A stretch of DNA of 64,000 bases from Thermodesulfobacteriota bacterium (GCA_040757625.1 JBFLWU010000007.1:66163-130162); one strand, 5' to 3'; counted from the first letter of the stretch, positions 44,920 through 53,955 are shown. Notes: generated by a model from the letters alone, not told the origin. A program made the numbers and translations.

Positions 44920-45363
44920 TCAGCCGTTCGTTTCTAAAATGCCAAAAGCATTGGCGTCCAGAAGCTTGATGCCGTTTTTCTGCAATATCTTGATGGCCTT
45001 GTCGTTGTCGCTGAAGCGAAATATCATGACGGCCTTTCCGGCTGAAAACCCGACGAACGCATAGGTGTAAAGAACATTGACATGGGCATCCCGCAGCGGT
45101 TTGAGCATTGCCGCCAGGCTGCCGGGCTTATCTTCGACCTCGGCCGCGACCACTTCAGTAACCATCGCCGGCATCTGCATCTCCATGAGAATCCGCCGGC
45201 TGGTGGTAATGTCGGAGACCAGAAGCCGCAGCTGTCCGAATGCACCGGTGTCCACCAGGTTTAAAGCCCGCAGGTTGATACCGGCATCGCCCAGCGCCTT
45301 GGTAACTTCGTAAAGGCGTCCCGGTGAATTCTCAATTGAAATGGTAATCTGTTTTAATTTCAT
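44920..45363 (-). CDS. tandem ACT-domain protein
   Basis: Two ACT-like repeats (ITISIENSPGRLYEVTKALGDAGINL and AAEVEDKPGSLAAMLKPLRDAHVNV). Confidence 0.72.
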   Translation of the reverse strand: MKLKQITISIENSPGRLYEVTKALGDAGINLRALNLVDTGAFGQLRLLVSDITTSRRILMEMQMPAMVTEVVAAEVEDKPGSLAAMLKPLRDAHVNVLYTYAFVGFSAGKAVMIFRFSDNDKAIKILQKNGIKLLDANAFGILETNG

Positions 45364-45608
45364 GAACCCTCCACGCAGATCTGCTTAAATAAAATTCATC
45401 GTAATAATTGCAACACAAGTTTTTTCGAAATACGCTGTAAGATACTATAACAAGGGCCTGCCGGCATGATGTGCAATAGTTGTGATAAGTACATTAAATT
45501 AATGAAAAAATATAGTAAATCCCTGGCGATCCGTCAAGCAAAAAGGACAAAAGAAAAACCGCCCTCGGGGATACTCCCCGACCGGACCGGCGATTTTCGG
45601 CAAGGAAA

Positions 45609-46079
45609 TTAAAGCGGATTTTTTTCCTGCTGCGGCGGCACACGGATAGACAGGACCGGGCAGTTTGCATAGCGGATCACCTTTTCGGTCACGGAACCGA
45701 ACATAAACTTCCGCCAGCCGGTAAAACCATGAGTCGCGATGATGATCATGTCCATATTTTCAGAATCTGCCAGGCCGACAATCTGGCTGGAGGGATCGCC
45801 CTGAATGACCACCGTGCGGGATCGGATACTTGGAGAAACCTTTTCCTGCTGCATTTTTCTCAGCGCTTTCAAGGCGGACTGTTCCATCTCCTTTTCATAG
45901 AGCGGCAGATTAAAACTGGTGGGATCGTCGTGAATCGGAATAACAGGAATAGGCGTTACGACATGAACCAGAATCAGTTCGGCTGAAAAATGCGTGGCCA
46001 CTTCACAGGCCACTTTAAGGGCTTCCTGGGATGGCTCACTGAAATCTGTCGGGCAACATATTTTTGTAATGGGCAACAT
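45609..46079 (-). CDS. universal stress protein (UspA family)
   Basis: KICCPTDFSE...IIIATHG..G...GSVTEKVIRYANCPVL. RBS AAGGAGA lies 6 nt before the ATG at 46079. Confidence 0.85.
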   Translation of the reverse strand: MLPITKICCPTDFSEPSQEALKVACEVATHFSAELILVHVVTPIPVIPIHDDPTSFNLPLYEKEMEQSALKALRKMQQEKVSPSIRSRTVVIQGDPSSQIVGLADSENMDMIIIATHGFTGWRKFMFGSVTEKVIRYANCPVLSIRVPPQQEKNPL

Positions 46080-46224
46080 GTCGCGTCTCCTTTTCAATAA
46101 CTGGTTTGATTCGGCTTCATACCTTTTCCGGGTGACAATGCGCCGGCTTTCGTGAAGATCATTTTTGCTTGCAGAAAGATCGGCGATATTCGAGGGCCGC
46201 CGGCAAACATCCGGATGCAGAATG

Positions 46225-46722
46225 TTAGAACGGCCAGAATTGATTATCGTTCCAGATTTTTTCCTTGAGAGCCTGATCGATTCCGGCCAGATACTTCAGA
46301 TGCGAACGTTCCCAGTCCGCCAGCCAATTGTATAGCCCCTTTTCATCTGAATCGGTTGAGGCATCGGCTCTGTCCGCATACAGCTTGACGGCGCGCTCCT
46401 CCATGAGCATGGCGGCGGATATGGCGGCGGCTTCAAATCCAGCCGCGGAAATCCGCTGCTGCAATGGGGTTGACAGGATCAGGTCGGCAATCTCGCTACT
46501 GCCCGCACCGTCGTAACGATTCGGCGTAAATTTTTTCCGGGACTGATAGTTTTTCAACTGATCGGTCAACAGCTGAATGTGGTTTTTCTCTTCTTCCGCC
46601 ATCAGCTCGAAAAAACGCCGGGTCGCCTTGTCCTGGACATACCCGGAAACCTTATTATAAAATGCATAGCCTCTTTTCTCCAGCAAAAGGGCCTCCTTCA
46701 AAACATCGGCCGGGTCCGTCAT
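46225..46722 (-). CDS. ferritin-like / rubrerythrin-domain protein
   Basis: EKRGYAFY...EEEKNH and EERAVKLY...ERSH diiron-type helices. RBS AAGGAGG lies before the ATG at 46722. Confidence 0.65.
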   Translation of the reverse strand: MTDPADVLKEALLLEKRGYAFYNKVSGYVQDKATRRFFELMAEEEKNHIQLLTDQLKNYQSRKKFTPNRYDGAGSSEIADLILSTPLQQRISAAGFEAAAISAAMLMEERAVKLYADRADASTDSDEKGLYNWLADWERSHLKYLAGIDQALKEKIWNDNQFWPF

Positions 46723-46953
46723 AATATTTTGCCTCCTTATGTATACCCCATTATTGCACAATTAAAATACCAGAGGGGATGCCTTTTTCAATAATTAGTC
46801 ATTTTGAAAAAAAAAGCAATACTCGGATTTATTTATAAAACAAAGGCCGCCTCACAAGCCGGCGACATATTCCCTGAAAGTTGGATATTGACAATCTGAT
46901 CGCAAACCATGTTATCATTGCCTGCAACCTGCCCCGACAATAAGGAATTCTTT

Positions 46954-47388
46954 ATGAATGCCGACCGTATCGAGTTTTTGAAAAGCGATTATGTCAACGG
47001 GTTTCCGGGCTACTGCGGGTTTACAGTCGACCGGGTGGCCGAAGGACTGTTTGAAACCCGCCTTGACGTCCGTCCGGAGCACAGCCAGCAGGACGGGTTT
47101 GTGCATGCAGGCGTGATTGCGACCATGGCGGACCATACCGCCGGATACGCCGCCTTTACCACCGTGCCCGAGAACGTCCGGATCCTGACCGTTGAATTCA
47201 AGATCAATTACCTCAAACCGGCCCGCGGCAAAATCATTCTTTGCCGCTCAACAGTCATCAGCGGTGGCAAAAAAATCATCGTATCCGAATCGGAAGTCTT
47301 TTCGTGGGAGTCCCGGGAGGAGAAGCTGGTATCCAAGGCCATGGTCACGCTCATGGCCGTACCGAAATCCGAATTGAAACGACCTTAG
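46954..47388 (+). CDS. PaaI/YbgC-type hotdog-fold thioesterase
   Basis: GFVHAGVIATMADHTAG motif. The ATG at 46954 has a TAAGGAA RBS. Confidence 0.8.
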   Translation: MNADRIEFLKSDYVNGFPGYCGFTVDRVAEGLFETRLDVRPEHSQQDGFVHAGVIATMADHTAGYAAFTTVPENVRILTVEFKINYLKPARGKIILCRSTVISGGKKIIVSESEVFSWESREEKLVSKAMVTLMAVPKSELKRP

Positions 47389-47402
47389 AAATGGAGTCAT
47401 CG

Positions 47403-47891
47403 ATGATACTGAAATGGTCCGGGTATTATCCCGGTGTAATCGGTAAATTGACGGAGCTTCACGCCGTTTATTATAACCGGAACTGGAACTTTGACATATC
47501 CTTTGAGAGCCAGGTTGCCAGGGAACTCTCCGCATTTTTTACCAACTTTCGAGAAAAGCGGGATGGATTCTGGGCTGTGCGCACGGATGGCGCTTTTACC
47601 GGTGCGGTTGCCATTGACGGCCAACTGGCCGATACGCTGGGCGCCCGCCTGCGCTGGTTTATCGTGGAACCGGAACGCCAGGGCTTTGGTATTGGAAAAC
47701 TGCTGGTGGAAAAAGCCGTTGCATTTTGCAGGAAAAGCGGGCATCGCAACATTTTTCTGTGGACTTTCCAGGGACTGGACGCGGCCCGCAAACTCTATGA
47801 ATCCTCTGGATTCAAACTGGTTGAGGAACACCCGGTGGATCAGTGGGGACGGAAGATCAACGAACAGAAGTTTGAATTGATTGGGTTATAG
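47403..47891 (+). CDS. GNAT-family N-acetyltransferase
   Basis: RLRWFIVEPERQGFGIGKLLVEKAVAF (acetyl-CoA binding motif A). The track ORF start at 47241 overlaps the upstream gene. Confidence 0.75.
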   Translation: MILKWSGYYPGVIGKLTELHAVYYNRNWNFDISFESQVARELSAFFTNFREKRDGFWAVRTDGAFTGAVAIDGQLADTLGARLRWFIVEPERQGFGIGKLLVEKAVAFCRKSGHRNIFLWTFQGLDAARKLYESSGFKLVEEHPVDQWGRKINEQKFELIGL

Positions 47892-48007
47892 AAAGACACG
47901 GAGTGTTCGCTGGACCGGCCGCCGGCAGGAGGAACAAGTTCTGATTGAACCGGCAGACAACACGCGACGGCGGACATTAGAAACGGAGTCTAATCGCTTT
48001 ATCAGCA

Positions 48008-48679
48008 TCAGCCCGTATGAACCAGCGTGCGGGGACCGGCTGCGGTTTCGGCGCTCCAGTCCTTGGGCTGCCTGATCTTGTGGTACTCGTCAAGCTTGCC
48101 GAGTCTGGAGAGCCGCTCGATAATCAGATACCAGGCGCAGTCCACTTCCCTTCCGATCACCGCGCTGATTTCGCATTTTCCGTTCAGGGTTCCGCCGCAG
48201 GGCCCGTTAAAAAGCCGCTTGGCACAGAGGGCCACCGGGCAGATTCCGCCGGTGTGCGTCAGGATGCAGTCCCCGCATCCTACGCACTTTTCATTCCATT
48301 CCCCCGGCCGGTCCAGTGCCCCCAGAAAGGTGGTATTCAAGGCCGGGATGACGGGCAGATCCTTATAAACAGCCGCCAGGGTCTGAACGCCGGCACCGCA
48401 GGCCAGCGACAAAATCGCGTCAGTATCGTTGGGTATCTCGAGAAAACTGGCAATCCAGTCCCGTTCGCACTGCCTTTCAATGGTAAGGACATCAAATGAT
48501 GGCGGGTTTTCCTTCCGGCTGAATTCCTGGTCCAGTGCTGCTGCAAGTCTGCGCGCTTCCTTATCGCCCCCGGTCAGACAAACGGTAACACAGGTGCCGC
48601 AGCCCACGACCAGAACCTTATGATATTCCGATACGGATGAGACGATTTCCTGCAATGGTTTTTGAGTGCCGACTATCAT
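48008..48679 (-). CDS. MetV-like Cys-rich protein (methylene-THF reductase C-terminal-domain family)
   Basis: VVGCGTCVTVC, CVGCGDCIL..TGGICP and NGPCGG motifs. No metF is adjacent. Confidence 0.65.
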   Translation of the reverse strand: MIVGTQKPLQEIVSSVSEYHKVLVVGCGTCVTVCLTGGDKEARRLAAALDQEFSRKENPPSFDVLTIERQCERDWIASFLEIPNDTDAILSLACGAGVQTLAAVYKDLPVIPALNTTFLGALDRPGEWNEKCVGCGDCILTHTGGICPVALCAKRLFNGPCGGTLNGKCEISAVIGREVDCAWYLIIERLSRLGKLDEYHKIRQPKDWSAETAAGPRTLVHTG

Positions 48680-49080
48680 TTTCCGTTACCCGTATGAAGT
48701 CCGCGCCCCTGGGCGATCCGCTTCCAGGTGTTTAAAGGAAATGACTTTTTATGTTCAGGGCATAAGGCCGCAACTTCCCTCTCCAGTTTCTCCGAAAGCG
48801 TTTTACCCACGCCGGTGGTATAAACCGGTTCGCCGCAGACCATGCAGTGAATGAGTTCCATCTCTATGACTTCATCCCAGCCGCCCCTTAAAAGCTGCTG
48901 AAAATCAATAGCCGCCTGAGGACAGATGCGCCAGCAGTTGCCGCAGCGGGCGCAAAGCGACAGGTTGTGGTAAATTTTACGGCTGGCGTCCTTGTCCATG
49001 TAATTGAGCGCGCCGGCCGGACAGTTCTGCACACAGGCCAGACAGCCGTTGCATTTTTCGTTTACCTTAAAAAAAGACAT
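48676..49080 (-). CDS. 2x[4Fe-4S] ferredoxin-domain protein with an extra Cys pair
   Basis: CNGCLACVQNCP and CARCGNCWRICP. There is a 4-nt overlap with the downstream gene. Confidence 0.7.
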   Translation of the reverse strand: MSFFKVNEKCNGCLACVQNCPAGALNYMDKDASRKIYHNLSLCARCGNCWRICPQAAIDFQQLLRGGWDEVIEMELIHCMVCGEPVYTTGVGKTLSEKLEREVAALCPEHKKSFPLNTWKRIAQGRGLHTGNGK

Positions 49081-49110
49081 ATTTTCAATCCTTTGAGGAT
49101 AATCCCTTTA

Positions 49111-49602
49111 TCAGAATACCATCAACCGCATGACGCTGGCTATTTTGGCGGCTGACTGAACCATCTGCGGCTTCTGGAGCATATGCGGCCCGTCAAACAC
49201 CAGCGCCCCGGCTTTACATACCCGTACGCATTCGGGCGAACCGCCGCACAGATCGCATTTAAACGATTTTCCCCGATCTTCGTCAAATCCCATCGCACCA
49301 AAGGGGCAGGCCGAGACGCACATGCGACATCCGACGCATTTCTGATGGGTGATCAGAACCCGTCCCAATTCATCATCCCGAAAAATCGCATTATTCGGGC
49401 ATGCCGCCAAACAGGGCGGATCATCACACTGCTGGCAGGTCATCGGCAGGAAAAAGGAGTCGTCGTTCGACTCTTTTATAACCCGGATACAGGACCGACC
49501 AGGGTTATTCAAGCCGGTTTGCTTCTTGGAGCAGGCGCTTTCACAGTCGCCGCAGCCATTACACTTTTCAGGGTGGATTACTAGGGTATTCGAACTTATC
49601 AT
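49111..49602 (-). CDS. 4x[4Fe-4S]-type ferredoxin, paralog of the AOR-linked subunit at 21009-21503
   Basis: PMTCQQCDDPPC and KCDLCGGSPECVRVC mirror PMTCQQCEDAPC and KCDLCGGDPQCARFC in the aor partner. Confidence 0.8.
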   Translation of the reverse strand: MISSNTLVIHPEKCNGCGDCESACSKKQTGLNNPGRSCIRVIKESNDDSFFLPMTCQQCDDPPCLAACPNNAIFRDDELGRVLITHQKCVGCRMCVSACPFGAMGFDEDRGKSFKCDLCGGSPECVRVCKAGALVFDGPHMLQKPQMVQSAAKIASVMRLMVF

Positions 49603-49790
49603 CCAGTCAACTCCAAATAATTTAAGGCATGGAATATTGTTCATAATAGAGAACTTTTTTTAAATTACTATAAATATTAAAACGCCATCCGTCAATAATT
49701 TTCTTTAAAATATAATAAAATTATTTATATTATTCTGATATAATAATATTTATTTAAGGCGCCCCGATGCATTTCTAATTTTTTAGTAAT

Positions 49791-49806
49791 GTTCACCATG
49801 GTGAAC
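49791..49806. promoter_or_regulatory. perfect 16-bp palindrome GTTCACCATGGTGAAC (third copy of the GTTCA-N6-TGAAC operator)
   Basis: It lies about 190 nt upstream of the ferredoxin operon start (49602) in an AT-rich promoter region. Confidence 0.55.
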
Positions 49807-49921
49807 TTTATTAAGCTGATCTATACCTCACAGTATGATCCCCGCTGATGTTTCCCACTGGCGGATCTTCTATTTCCGTTCGCCGGAAATACTGCGAAGC
49901 AGTCGCGTTTCAGTCCTGCGC

Positions 49922-49976
49922 AATTGCACATTTGTGCACATTTTTTTGTGCATTGTGCACAAATTTATGTGCAATT
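49922..49976. promoter_or_regulatory. array of TGCAC/GTGCA half-sites with two perfect TGTGCACA palindromes
   Basis: TGTGCACA occurs at 49933-49940 and 49954-49961, 21 bp apart. The outer inverted repeat is AATTGCACAT (49922-49931) / ATGTGCAATT (49967-49976). Confidence 0.5.
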
Positions 49977-50091
49977 CCAGCCAATCCGCAGGGCAGTCCG
50001 ATTTTTTCAGGACAGCCCAGTTATGAATTTGCTAAATGATTTCTAATGCTTAATTTAATTATAAAACGGAAGATGGCGCCCGATCCGATAA

Positions 50092-50107
50092 TGGCACGCT
50101 TTTTGTA
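50092..50107 (+). promoter_or_regulatory. candidate sigma54 (-24/-12) promoter TGGCACGCTTTTTGTA
   Basis: It matches TGGCACG-N4-TTGCW except that the -12 GC is GT. It lies 65 nt upstream of the ATG at 50172 and 130-170 nt downstream of the TGCAC/GTGCA array. Confidence 0.35.
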
Positions 50108-50171
50108 GATTGATTCTTACTGGCATTTCAATTATAAATGAACCGGATCGAAGCTGATATAACAGCATATT

Positions 50172-50828
50172 ATGGTGAAAAACATGAACCCAATGGTCAG
50201 GCTTTCCATATTTATCGTGGTTTTTTCCGTCTGTCTGTTTTCCTATCTGCTGCTGCCCTATCTGTTCCCGATGATAAACTTGGCCCGCTGGCTGGAAATA
50301 TTTGAAAGCCCTGCTGCCAATTTTATCTTTTTCCTGACTCTATCTCTGACCGTTTCGTACGTATTTACCAAGGCCATCAACACCATTGTCACCTTGATAG
50401 AGTATCGCAAAACGTCTCAACCCAAAATCGGTGAAATCCTGATGTCGCTGGATCTTTTATCCAAGGCGGATCTTGAAAAGGCGCTCCGCCTGCAAAGACT
50501 CAGGCTCGGCGAAATCCTAGTTGAATTCGGCCGAATCACGCCCGAACAGCGCGATTACGCCCTCATGATCCAAAAGACCCAAAAAAACCGCAGGATCGGA
50601 GAGATTCTCAAGGGGCTGGGGTATTCCACGGAGGAAGATATCCGCTGGGCATTGAATCGGGCGCACCGGAAGCTCGGAAAGACCTTAAATAAATTGAAAA
50701 TGGTCAACGATTACGATATTACCTGCGCCTTGTCGCTGAAAAATAGCTGTCTGATCGACAGCGACGGTAGGATTGTTGAAAAAAATCCCGAACCGATCAT
50801 CAAGCTTCCAAAAATCACCAAAAAATAA
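50172..50828 (+). CDS. membrane-anchored protein with four tandem MshEN-like (GspE-N type) 24-residue motifs
   Basis: Two N-terminal TM segments are followed by KIGEILMSLDLLSKADLEKALRLQ, RLGEILVEFGRITPEQRDYALMIQ, RIGEILKGLGYSTEEDIRWALNRA and KLGKTLNKLKMVNDYDITCALSLK. Confidence 0.5.
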   Translation: MVKNMNPMVRLSIFIVVFSVCLFSYLLLPYLFPMINLARWLEIFESPAANFIFFLTLSLTVSYVFTKAINTIVTLIEYRKTSQPKIGEILMSLDLLSKADLEKALRLQRLRLGEILVEFGRITPEQRDYALMIQKTQKNRRIGEILKGLGYSTEEDIRWALNRAHRKLGKTLNKLKMVNDYDITCALSLKNSCLIDSDGRIVEKNPEPIIKLPKITKK

Positions 50829-51009
50829 ACCGATCGACTTTCTGTTCGGTTTTCCAGCTTAACCAAGGCAATCGAGCTGCTCATTTATTATACACAGACA
50901 TACATTCGTATTGACAACCTCAGGAAAAAACAGAATAAAAGGCAATCTATAAATTTATGAATGTTACAAGCTAAACCGATGTTTTGATAACGCTGTTCGA
51001 CGGAGTCTC

Positions 51010-51669
51010 ATGCTGCCCCTGAATGCGCTGAATCTAGTCCTGACAGGTTCCGAACGCCGCTTCATCACCAAGTTCGATACACCTTCCAGGATCCAGGATT
51101 TTCTCGACAAACTCACCTACAGCGCCGACAAGGCTTACCGCTGCCCGCTGCGCGTTCTGCGTGAACGAACCGGCCATTGCTTTGACGGCGCAGTATTTGC
51201 CGCAGCAATGCTTTCCCTTCTGGGAGATCCCCCGTTAATCCTTGAATTGCTGCCCAATGATCGGGATGATGATCACATGCTGGCGGTATTTAAAAGGAAC
51301 GGTTATTGGGGGGCGCTGGCCAGTTCCAACTTTGCAGGTCTGCGTTTTCGGGAACCGGTTTATCGCAATTTAAGGGAATTGGCGATGTCATATTTCGAAC
51401 AGTTTTACAATGTGGCTCGCGAAAAAACCCTACGGGGCTATACCCGGCCCTTGAATTTAAAAGCGTTCGACAAACACCTTTGGATGACCCGCGATAAGCC
51501 ACTTAACCAGATCGCCCATCGCTTGGATCATATCGCCAGGGTAACGCTACTGTCGGAAGAAATGACCAATAACCTCTCCCTAGTCGACAGGCGCTCCTAT
51601 CAGGCAGGGTTGCTGGGTGCAAAGACGACGGGGCTTTATCGGCCCGGCCGAAATAAACGGCCGCTTTAA
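51010..51669 (+). CDS. transglutaminase-like (Cys protease fold) superfamily protein
   Basis: TGHCFDGAVFAAAML with downstream His and Asp candidates. The assignment is weak. Confidence 0.45.
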   Translation: MLPLNALNLVLTGSERRFITKFDTPSRIQDFLDKLTYSADKAYRCPLRVLRERTGHCFDGAVFAAAMLSLLGDPPLILELLPNDRDDDHMLAVFKRNGYWGALASSNFAGLRFREPVYRNLRELAMSYFEQFYNVAREKTLRGYTRPLNLKAFDKHLWMTRDKPLNQIAHRLDHIARVTLLSEEMTNNLSLVDRRSYQAGLLGAKTTGLYRPGRNKRPL

Positions 51670-51715
51670 CTTTTCGAATCCGGTACAAATCGGCATCCAG
51701 TCTGAAAAGGCTTTT

Positions 51716-52321
51716 ATGGTAAAACATCAATCTTCCATAGAAAAAAAATCATGGAAACCCGGAAACATCCTTTCGCCGCTCCCGGCCGTGCTGGTAACCT
51801 GCGGCGCAGCCCCACGGTGGAAGCCGAACATCATTACGATCGCCTGGACCGGAAACGTATGCAGCGAGCCTCCCATGCTGTCGATATCCGTGCGGCCGGA
51901 ACGCTATTCCTATGAAATCATCCGAACCAGCAAAGAGTTCGTCGTAAACGTTCCTTCTTTGAGTGAAGCCCGGGCAACTGACTGGTGCGGCATGGTTTCC
52001 GGCCGCAAGGTGGATAAGTTCGCTCAAACCGGCCTGACCGCAGCCCCGGCCCTGAAGGTACAGTGCCCGATCATTCTGGAATGCCCGCTCAACATCGAGT
52101 GCCGGATCCGACAGTCATTAAAGCTGGGATCCCACACCCTGTTTATCGCTGAAGTGGTCGCCGTACAGGTGTCCGCGACCTTGATGGACAGCAAGGGTCG
52201 CCTGCGTCTTGAAAAAGGCGGTCTGCTGGCATTTGCCCACGGCCAGTATTTCGCTCTGGGGCGCAGCTTGGGACGCTTCGGTTTTTCGGTACGCAAAAAA
52301 AAGCAAAAAAGACAGAAATGA
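51716..52321 (+). CDS. flavin reductase-like FMN-binding (split-barrel) protein
   Basis: PLPAVLVTCG...NIITIAWTG...SISVRP...EFVVNV is the typical flavin reductase-like domain. The ATG at 51716 is chosen over the overlapping 51617 start. Confidence 0.78.
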   Translation: MVKHQSSIEKKSWKPGNILSPLPAVLVTCGAAPRWKPNIITIAWTGNVCSEPPMLSISVRPERYSYEIIRTSKEFVVNVPSLSEARATDWCGMVSGRKVDKFAQTGLTAAPALKVQCPIILECPLNIECRIRQSLKLGSHTLFIAEVVAVQVSATLMDSKGRLRLEKGGLLAFAHGQYFALGRSLGRFGFSVRKKKQKRQK

Positions 52322-52423
52322 AACAACCTTCCACCCTTACGGGTTAATGCCCCTGCCGACAGTCTACCGCAGGCCGATAGTCAAGTACATTTTGAATCGT
52401 CAGACAATACAAGCCACCGAACG

Positions 52424-53722
52424 TTAGCTACGTGTTTTCGAGTTTTTCGCCAGCGTCTCCTTCAAACGCAGACTGGACAGAAACGTGATGACGCCGCAGG
52501 CAAACAAGACCAGGAAGGCCTGGCGGTAGCCAGCCGGGGTAAAGGCATCGCCGGCGCGCCCCTGGCTTTCCAGCACATATCCCAAAACCGGTTGAAACAC
52601 CGCGCCGCCTGCAAAGGGGAAGAGGTTGACCAGACCGGTGGCGGTCCCGGCGATCTGCACCGGAAATAGCTCCTTGGAAATGGTGAAGGCCACCACCACA
52701 ACGGCGCTGGTGAAACATCCCATGACCAGGCACAGCACATATAAGCCCGCCAGAGGTATTTTATCGGTATAAAATGCCAGTACGGCCGAAATCATGAGCG
52801 TGATCACACCGGAAAGCACCATGACCGGTTTTCTGGCGTGAAAGATATGGTTGGAGAGGTGGCTTAAGATCGGACTTCCCACAATCATGCCGATTGCCAG
52901 CATGGAAAGAACCTGGCCGGCCTGGCTCTTGCTGAGCCCGTATATCTGCATCAGATACGGCCCTCCCCAAAGGCCCCCGAAGGAGAAAAAAATGGCGCAG
53001 TCAAAGAAAAACCAGCAAGCCACCGGCCAGAAAGACGGGGTGCTCAATACCTTGCGAACGCCCTCGATAGGGCCGATGGGAGCGGATGGGGCCCCTTGTT
53101 TTTCGGCGGCCGGCGAAAGCCAGCCGAAATCGGAGGGACGGTCCCGCACAAACATCCACACAAGAATCATTATCAGGAAGGTAAAACCACCCACCACCAG
53201 GAAAGACTTGCGCCAGCCGATAGCTGCGCTCATCATTGCCAGAGGTGTTGCGGCCGTTAAAGAACCGATGCCGCCCATGGCGATAAGGATGCCGGTCATG
53301 GTGGCAAATTCACGCACGCGAAACCATTCCGCCAGGACTTTCATGGTGGGGACAAACAACATGGCCACACCCAGCCCCACCAGCGCACGGCCGAAAATGG
53401 CCCAAGACACAGACGGAGCCAGCCCCAGAATGATTGACCCGACAAAGGCCACCCCGAAGAAAAGGGTGATGGTGTTACGCGGCCCCCATGAATCCGACAG
53501 CAGACCGGCCGGAAGCTGCATGACGGCGTAGGGATAGAAATAGGCTGCGGCCAGCAGGCCTGTCAGGGCCCCGCCGGCCTTCAGGTCCTGCATCATGTCC
53601 ACCGCAACCACCGCCGGGCAGAGCCGGTGAAAGTAAACCAGTATGTACCCCAATGCCAGTATCCAGAAGATAATCCAGCGGTAACGCAGCGCTTTATCCA
53701 TCGTGTCTGCGGAAGTCGTCAT
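52424..53722 (-). CDS. MFS transporter
   Basis: 12 predicted TM segments with an MFS loop motif (GLLSDSWGPRN). Confidence 0.9.
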   Translation of the reverse strand: MTTSADTMDKALRYRWIIFWILALGYILVYFHRLCPAVVAVDMMQDLKAGGALTGLLAAAYFYPYAVMQLPAGLLSDSWGPRNTITLFFGVAFVGSIILGLAPSVSWAIFGRALVGLGVAMLFVPTMKVLAEWFRVREFATMTGILIAMGGIGSLTAATPLAMMSAAIGWRKSFLVVGGFTFLIMILVWMFVRDRPSDFGWLSPAAEKQGAPSAPIGPIEGVRKVLSTPSFWPVACWFFFDCAIFFSFGGLWGGPYLMQIYGLSKSQAGQVLSMLAIGMIVGSPILSHLSNHIFHARKPVMVLSGVITLMISAVLAFYTDKIPLAGLYVLCLVMGCFTSAVVVVAFTISKELFPVQIAGTATGLVNLFPFAGGAVFQPVLGYVLESQGRAGDAFTPAGYRQAFLVLFACGVITFLSSLRLKETLAKNSKTRS

Positions 53723-53738
53723 CTGCGCTTTCTCCTCT

Positions 53739-53892
53739 GAGATCTTTGCAAAATATCCCTTTCATCCAATTTCTGCGTCAGGCTCAAATGTTAATCATCG
53801 ATTCCCCAGTGTATCTCCTGTGATTAATCCCGCCCAGGCGAGATCGCTGCTCTTAAACTTGAATGAAACTGGCGTTTTTGAAAGGTTTCAGC
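53739..53892. repeat. dispersed repeat, copy B (upstream leader region of the MFS gene)
   Basis: See copy A at 9636-9775. The identical 22-mer lies at 53775-53796. Confidence 0.8.
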
Positions 53893-53935
53893 TTGGGGGG
53901 GGAAAAAGAGCTTTCCGTAATTTTCGGTGTAGCGC

Positions 53936-53955
53936 TGAAAAAAGCGTTGAACGCT
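53936..53955 (-). terminator. rho-independent terminator of the TRAP operon
   Basis: The minus-strand stem AGCGT tca ACGCT is followed by TTTTTT, 12 nt after the permease stop. Confidence 0.55.
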
